A stretch of DNA of 61,583 nucleotides, filler included, from Theionarchaea archaeon (GTDB lineage Archaea; Methanobacteriota_B; Thermococci; Methanofastidiosales; SZ-28-30): the NCBI GenBank assembly GCA_018992565.1. It is 2 parts of 2 records of this genome, joined end to end, with 100 filler letters (N's around TTAATTAATTAA, not from the genome) between each part and the next. Parts side by side here need not be neighbours in the genome. Positions count along the whole stretch, not along the records: positions 30,970 to 61,583 come from JACVGW010000024.1; 1 more part is not named here. One strand, written 5' to 3'. Shown in pieces: positions 58,566-61,583 of this stretch. The notes under the pieces are model-generated. The model searched no databases. It was not told the origin of the DNA and saw only the letters and a list, made by a program, of their open reading frames with translations. Each line of letters starts with the position of its first letter. Position 1 is the first letter of the stretch. The position numbers and the translations under genes were made by a program.

Positions 58566-59258
58566 ATGGATGACGTGGGGTTGGTTACAGCTTTCCTGTA
58601 TGGAATGCTCTCCTTTGTCACTCCCTGTATTCTTCCTCTGGTGCCAGCGTATATCACCTATATAACAGGGGTGGATTTAGAGACGCTTCAGAAAGGCGGA
58701 GTTGGCAGGAAAGTTATCTTCCTGAATTCACTGTTGTTTGTTGTGGGATTCTCGATTGTCTTCATGTTACTGGTGATCCCGGCCAACGTGGTGGGGAATT
58801 TGCTATTGCAATATCAGGTGTGGATCCAGCGCATTGCAGGGGCCATTATTGTGGTATTCGGGCTGCATATTGCAGGGATTATCAATATCGGAGTATTGAA
58901 TGTAGAGAAAAAGCTGCATGTGACTGAGAAACCACGGGGATATTTTGGGTCTCTGGTTATTGGCATGACCTTTGCTCTGGGATGGTCCCCCTGTATTGGT
59001 CCAATTCTGGCTTCGATTATTCTGATAGCTTCCACTCAGTCCATGAGTACGGGAGTACTGCTCCTGGGACTGTATTCTGCGGGGCTGGCGATTCCCTTTC
59101 TGGTGGTTGGGTTAATGATTGGTCAATTCTTGGAATACTATAAGGGTGTCTTGAAGCATACGCGGGAGATCATGCTGGTGTCAGGACTGGTGCTGGTGTT
59201 TGTGGGTGGACTGATGATTCTGGGACTGTTCCAAAGGTTTTTCAGTGTACTGGGTTAG
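58566..59258 (+). CDS. ccdA: CcdA/DsbD-type transmembrane electron transporter
   Basis: LSFVTPCILPLVP, GWSPCIGPIL, YSAGLAIPF. Confidence 0.92.
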   Translation: MDDVGLVTAFLYGMLSFVTPCILPLVPAYITYITGVDLETLQKGGVGRKVIFLNSLLFVVGFSIVFMLLVIPANVVGNLLLQYQVWIQRIAGAIIVVFGLHIAGIINIGVLNVEKKLHVTEKPRGYFGSLVIGMTFALGWSPCIGPILASIILIASTQSMSTGVLLLGLYSAGLAIPFLVVGLMIGQFLEYYKGVLKHTREIMLVSGLVLVFVGGLMILGLFQRFFSVLG

Positions 59259-59359
59259 AGAGTTTGTAGGACTAGGCAGTGTTCACATTTAACTTGTGCA
59301 ACAGAGCACAGGGACCAGAACGTTTATAATGGTCATACGGCAATCCTGCAGGTGACTCC

Positions 59360-60118
59360 ATGAAAATCGCTATTATTCAGAATGTCACACTCAATGACCA
59401 TCGGTCAGTGCACTCCCATCACGTGGCATGTGAGTTGTCCAGGCGGGGCATCGATGTGGATGTCATTGTGCAGAAAACAGAGGAGGAGCTTCAATACACA
59501 GAAAGACCGTACCGGCTGATAGAACTCCCAGGAGAAACCTATTCTATTAAGGGCCAGGTACAATTCATTTTGAAGTTATATCACTATTTAAAAGGCACGA
59601 AATATACTATTATCCATGCGAAGAATCCTTTTTCTTCTCTTCTTCCAGCAGTACTTTTGAGAAAGCTGGGGAAAATTGATTCCAGGATTATATACGATAT
59701 GAGAGGACTGTGGATTGAATTTGGTGCAGGCACAGGGAAATTCCCTTCTCTTCTAAGGCATGGACTGGAGATGGTAGAACGTGCGCTCATGAGGAGATGT
59801 GAGCACGTGGTGGCTATATCACCGGCGCTGAAGGAGGTCCTGTGCAGCGAAGGGATTCCTGGTGGCAAGGTGACAGTGATCATTGGGGCAGGAGTGGACA
59901 TTGAGAAGATACAATCGCTGGAACCTGCAGTCTTTTCTGAAGAACTGGCTGACTTGAAGCGTATTGGGTATTTGGGCACTATTAGTGTTGCCAGAGAGTC
60001 TAACAAGATCGTAGAGGCATTCAAGACTATACACCGGGACGATTGTGTGCTTCTCATGATTGGTCCTGTTATTGAGCCACAGGTTTTTGATGTCATGACA
60101 AGAGATACAGAGAAGGTC
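59360..60118 (+). CDS. Glycosyltransferase family 4 (GT-B), truncated by the gap
   Basis: ELSRRG.DVDVI, IYDMRG, VVAIS, GVD, IGYLG. Confidence 0.8.
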
Positions 60119-60218
60119 NNNNNNNNNNNNNNNNNNNNNNNNNNNNNNNNNNNNNNNNNNNNNNNNNNNNNNNNNNNNNNNNNNNNNNNNNNNNNNNNNN
60201 NNNNNNNNNNNNNNNNNN
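60119..60218. other. Assembly gap (100 N)
   Basis: Run of N; the flanks belong to unrelated genes on opposite strands. Confidence 0.95.
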
Positions 60219-61583
60219 TACTGCCGCATATGCGTCCACACGGCCCCAGCCCCACAGGCAGTCTTTGTTGGTATTTCCTTTATCAATAGCTGTGGCACCA
60301 AGGCAGTTCTTAATCTGTAATGGTGTGGCTGTGCCTCTTGCATCCAGCATGAGAGCAGCAACCCCTGCAATATGGGGGGCAGCCATTGAAGACCCAGACA
60401 TGGCCACATCGCTGCATGAGGTCCCTGCATCAGCAGCAGAAATAGACACACCGGGGGCAGCAATGTCAGGTTTGATTCTTCCATCGGTGGTGGGACCTCT
60501 GGAGTTGAAACTGGCCAGTGCATCAGATTTATCAGATGCGGTCACCGTGATCACTTTTCGAGCATCTCCTGGCGTGCCTACTGTGCAGCAGGCTCCTTCA
60601 CCACCGACTACCGTAGCCACCACGACGCCCTGGTCCACTGCCCAGTCAGATTCCTGAGCCAAGGCAGATGTGCCATCACCGCCTGCACCTCCCAGCGACA
60701 TACTGATGATGTCGGCTCCATTGTTCACTGCCCAGTCAATTCCTGCGATAATAGTGCTTTCTGAACCACTTCCCGCGCTGGTTAAGACCTTGCAGCCCAT
60801 GAGAGAAGCACCCGGAGCGACACCCTTGGGTGCATACTCTCCTGCAGCAATGGATGCGCAATGTGTGCCATGCCCATTATCATCGTAGGGAGTGCCCTGA
60901 CTATTGACGAAGTCTGCCCAGGCCACGATCTTCCCAGAGGGAAAATCACAGTGGTTGGGGTCAATACCTGTATCAATGATGCAGATCTTGGTACCCGTTC
61001 CATCGTATCCTGCAGACCAGCAATCGTCCGCATTAATCAGGGGAATACTCTGGGATAGACACATGTGGACTTCAAAGTCATCTTCCAGGAATAGAACACC
61101 CGGGTCCTCAGAGAGAGGTCTGATGTGTGCCACAGGAATCTGTAATGATGCACCCTTTCCGCTCATGAACCGATGGGTGACAGTCCCATACGTTTCCAGA
61201 TTGACTGACAAACCATCCCGGCACATAACCAAGATAGTAACCTCTCTTTCAGGGGGCATACCCTTGATTTTGTCTTTGAGGTTCCACTTGATTCTGGCCA
61301 CATCATTGGGGACTAAAGCCACATACTCTGCAGGCCCGATTTCAGTGAGATAGTCCTTGGGAACTCTGTAGGTCGTGTCGGTAACTTGTACCACTGGAAG
61401 TTTTTCAATGTTGATCTCTTTTGAGATTCTGGCCAGAACTCCTGGGCTGCAGGTAATTTCAAAGTAGTGAGAGTCTTCGTTAACGATTTCTCCCTTCATT
61501 TTCACCAGATCTCGGCCTTCGTATCCAAACGTCTGCACATGAATTGTGATTGTATGAGACTGTGCATTCACAGAAAGTACTGA
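60219..61583 (-). CDS. S8 subtilisin-like serine protease, partial at both ends
   Basis: Catalytic triad motifs IIDTGI, GHGTH, MSGSSMAAPH; the frame is open to the window end and into the gap. Confidence 0.9.

Noticed and set aside
59360..61571. ORF-track proteins that run through the N gap (glycosyltransferase, subtilase and others)
   Set aside because: Read-through of Ns is artificial; the flanks are separate truncated genes

Overview
Archaeal (Euryarchaeota-type) genomic DNA from a draft assembly. A Thermococcales-like three-gene RPA operon, trm56-tfe linkage, RaSEA, AMP phosphorylase, a DUF835-type sensor and ACCGAAA-TTTATA promoters suggest a relative of the Thermococci, for example Theionarchaea. 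That taxonomy is inference. The window is three pieces joined by two 100-nt gaps (30870-30969, which carries an artificial TTAATTAATTAA six-frame-stop linker, and 60119-60218), so synteny across the gaps is unreliable. Piece 1 (1-30869) holds a partial initiator tRNA-Met, information-processing genes (RPA, TFE, tRNA/rRNA modification), amino-acid and cofactor metabolism genes, a secreted caspase-fold protein, a metallophosphoesterase/nucleotidyltransferase pair, an ahcY-kinase-kinase operon and three PaaK/CapK-like ligase genes. Piece 2 (30970-60118) holds a QueG-like protein, abfD, and an uncharacterised catabolic cluster (ubiquitin-like MoaD, divergent tungsten AOR-family enzyme, Fe-S flavoprotein, Na+/solute symporter with accessory proteins). 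It also holds surface proteins (8-repeat propeller, two type IV pilins, FG-GAP protein), a CoA/phosphatase/KaiC cluster opposite a PAS-GAF-DUF835 sensor, AMP phosphorylase, a thioredoxin-CcdA module and a truncated glycosyltransferase. Piece 3 is a subtilase fragment. No CRISPR array, rRNA or recognisable mobile element was seen. All family calls are by motif recognition, without database searches.
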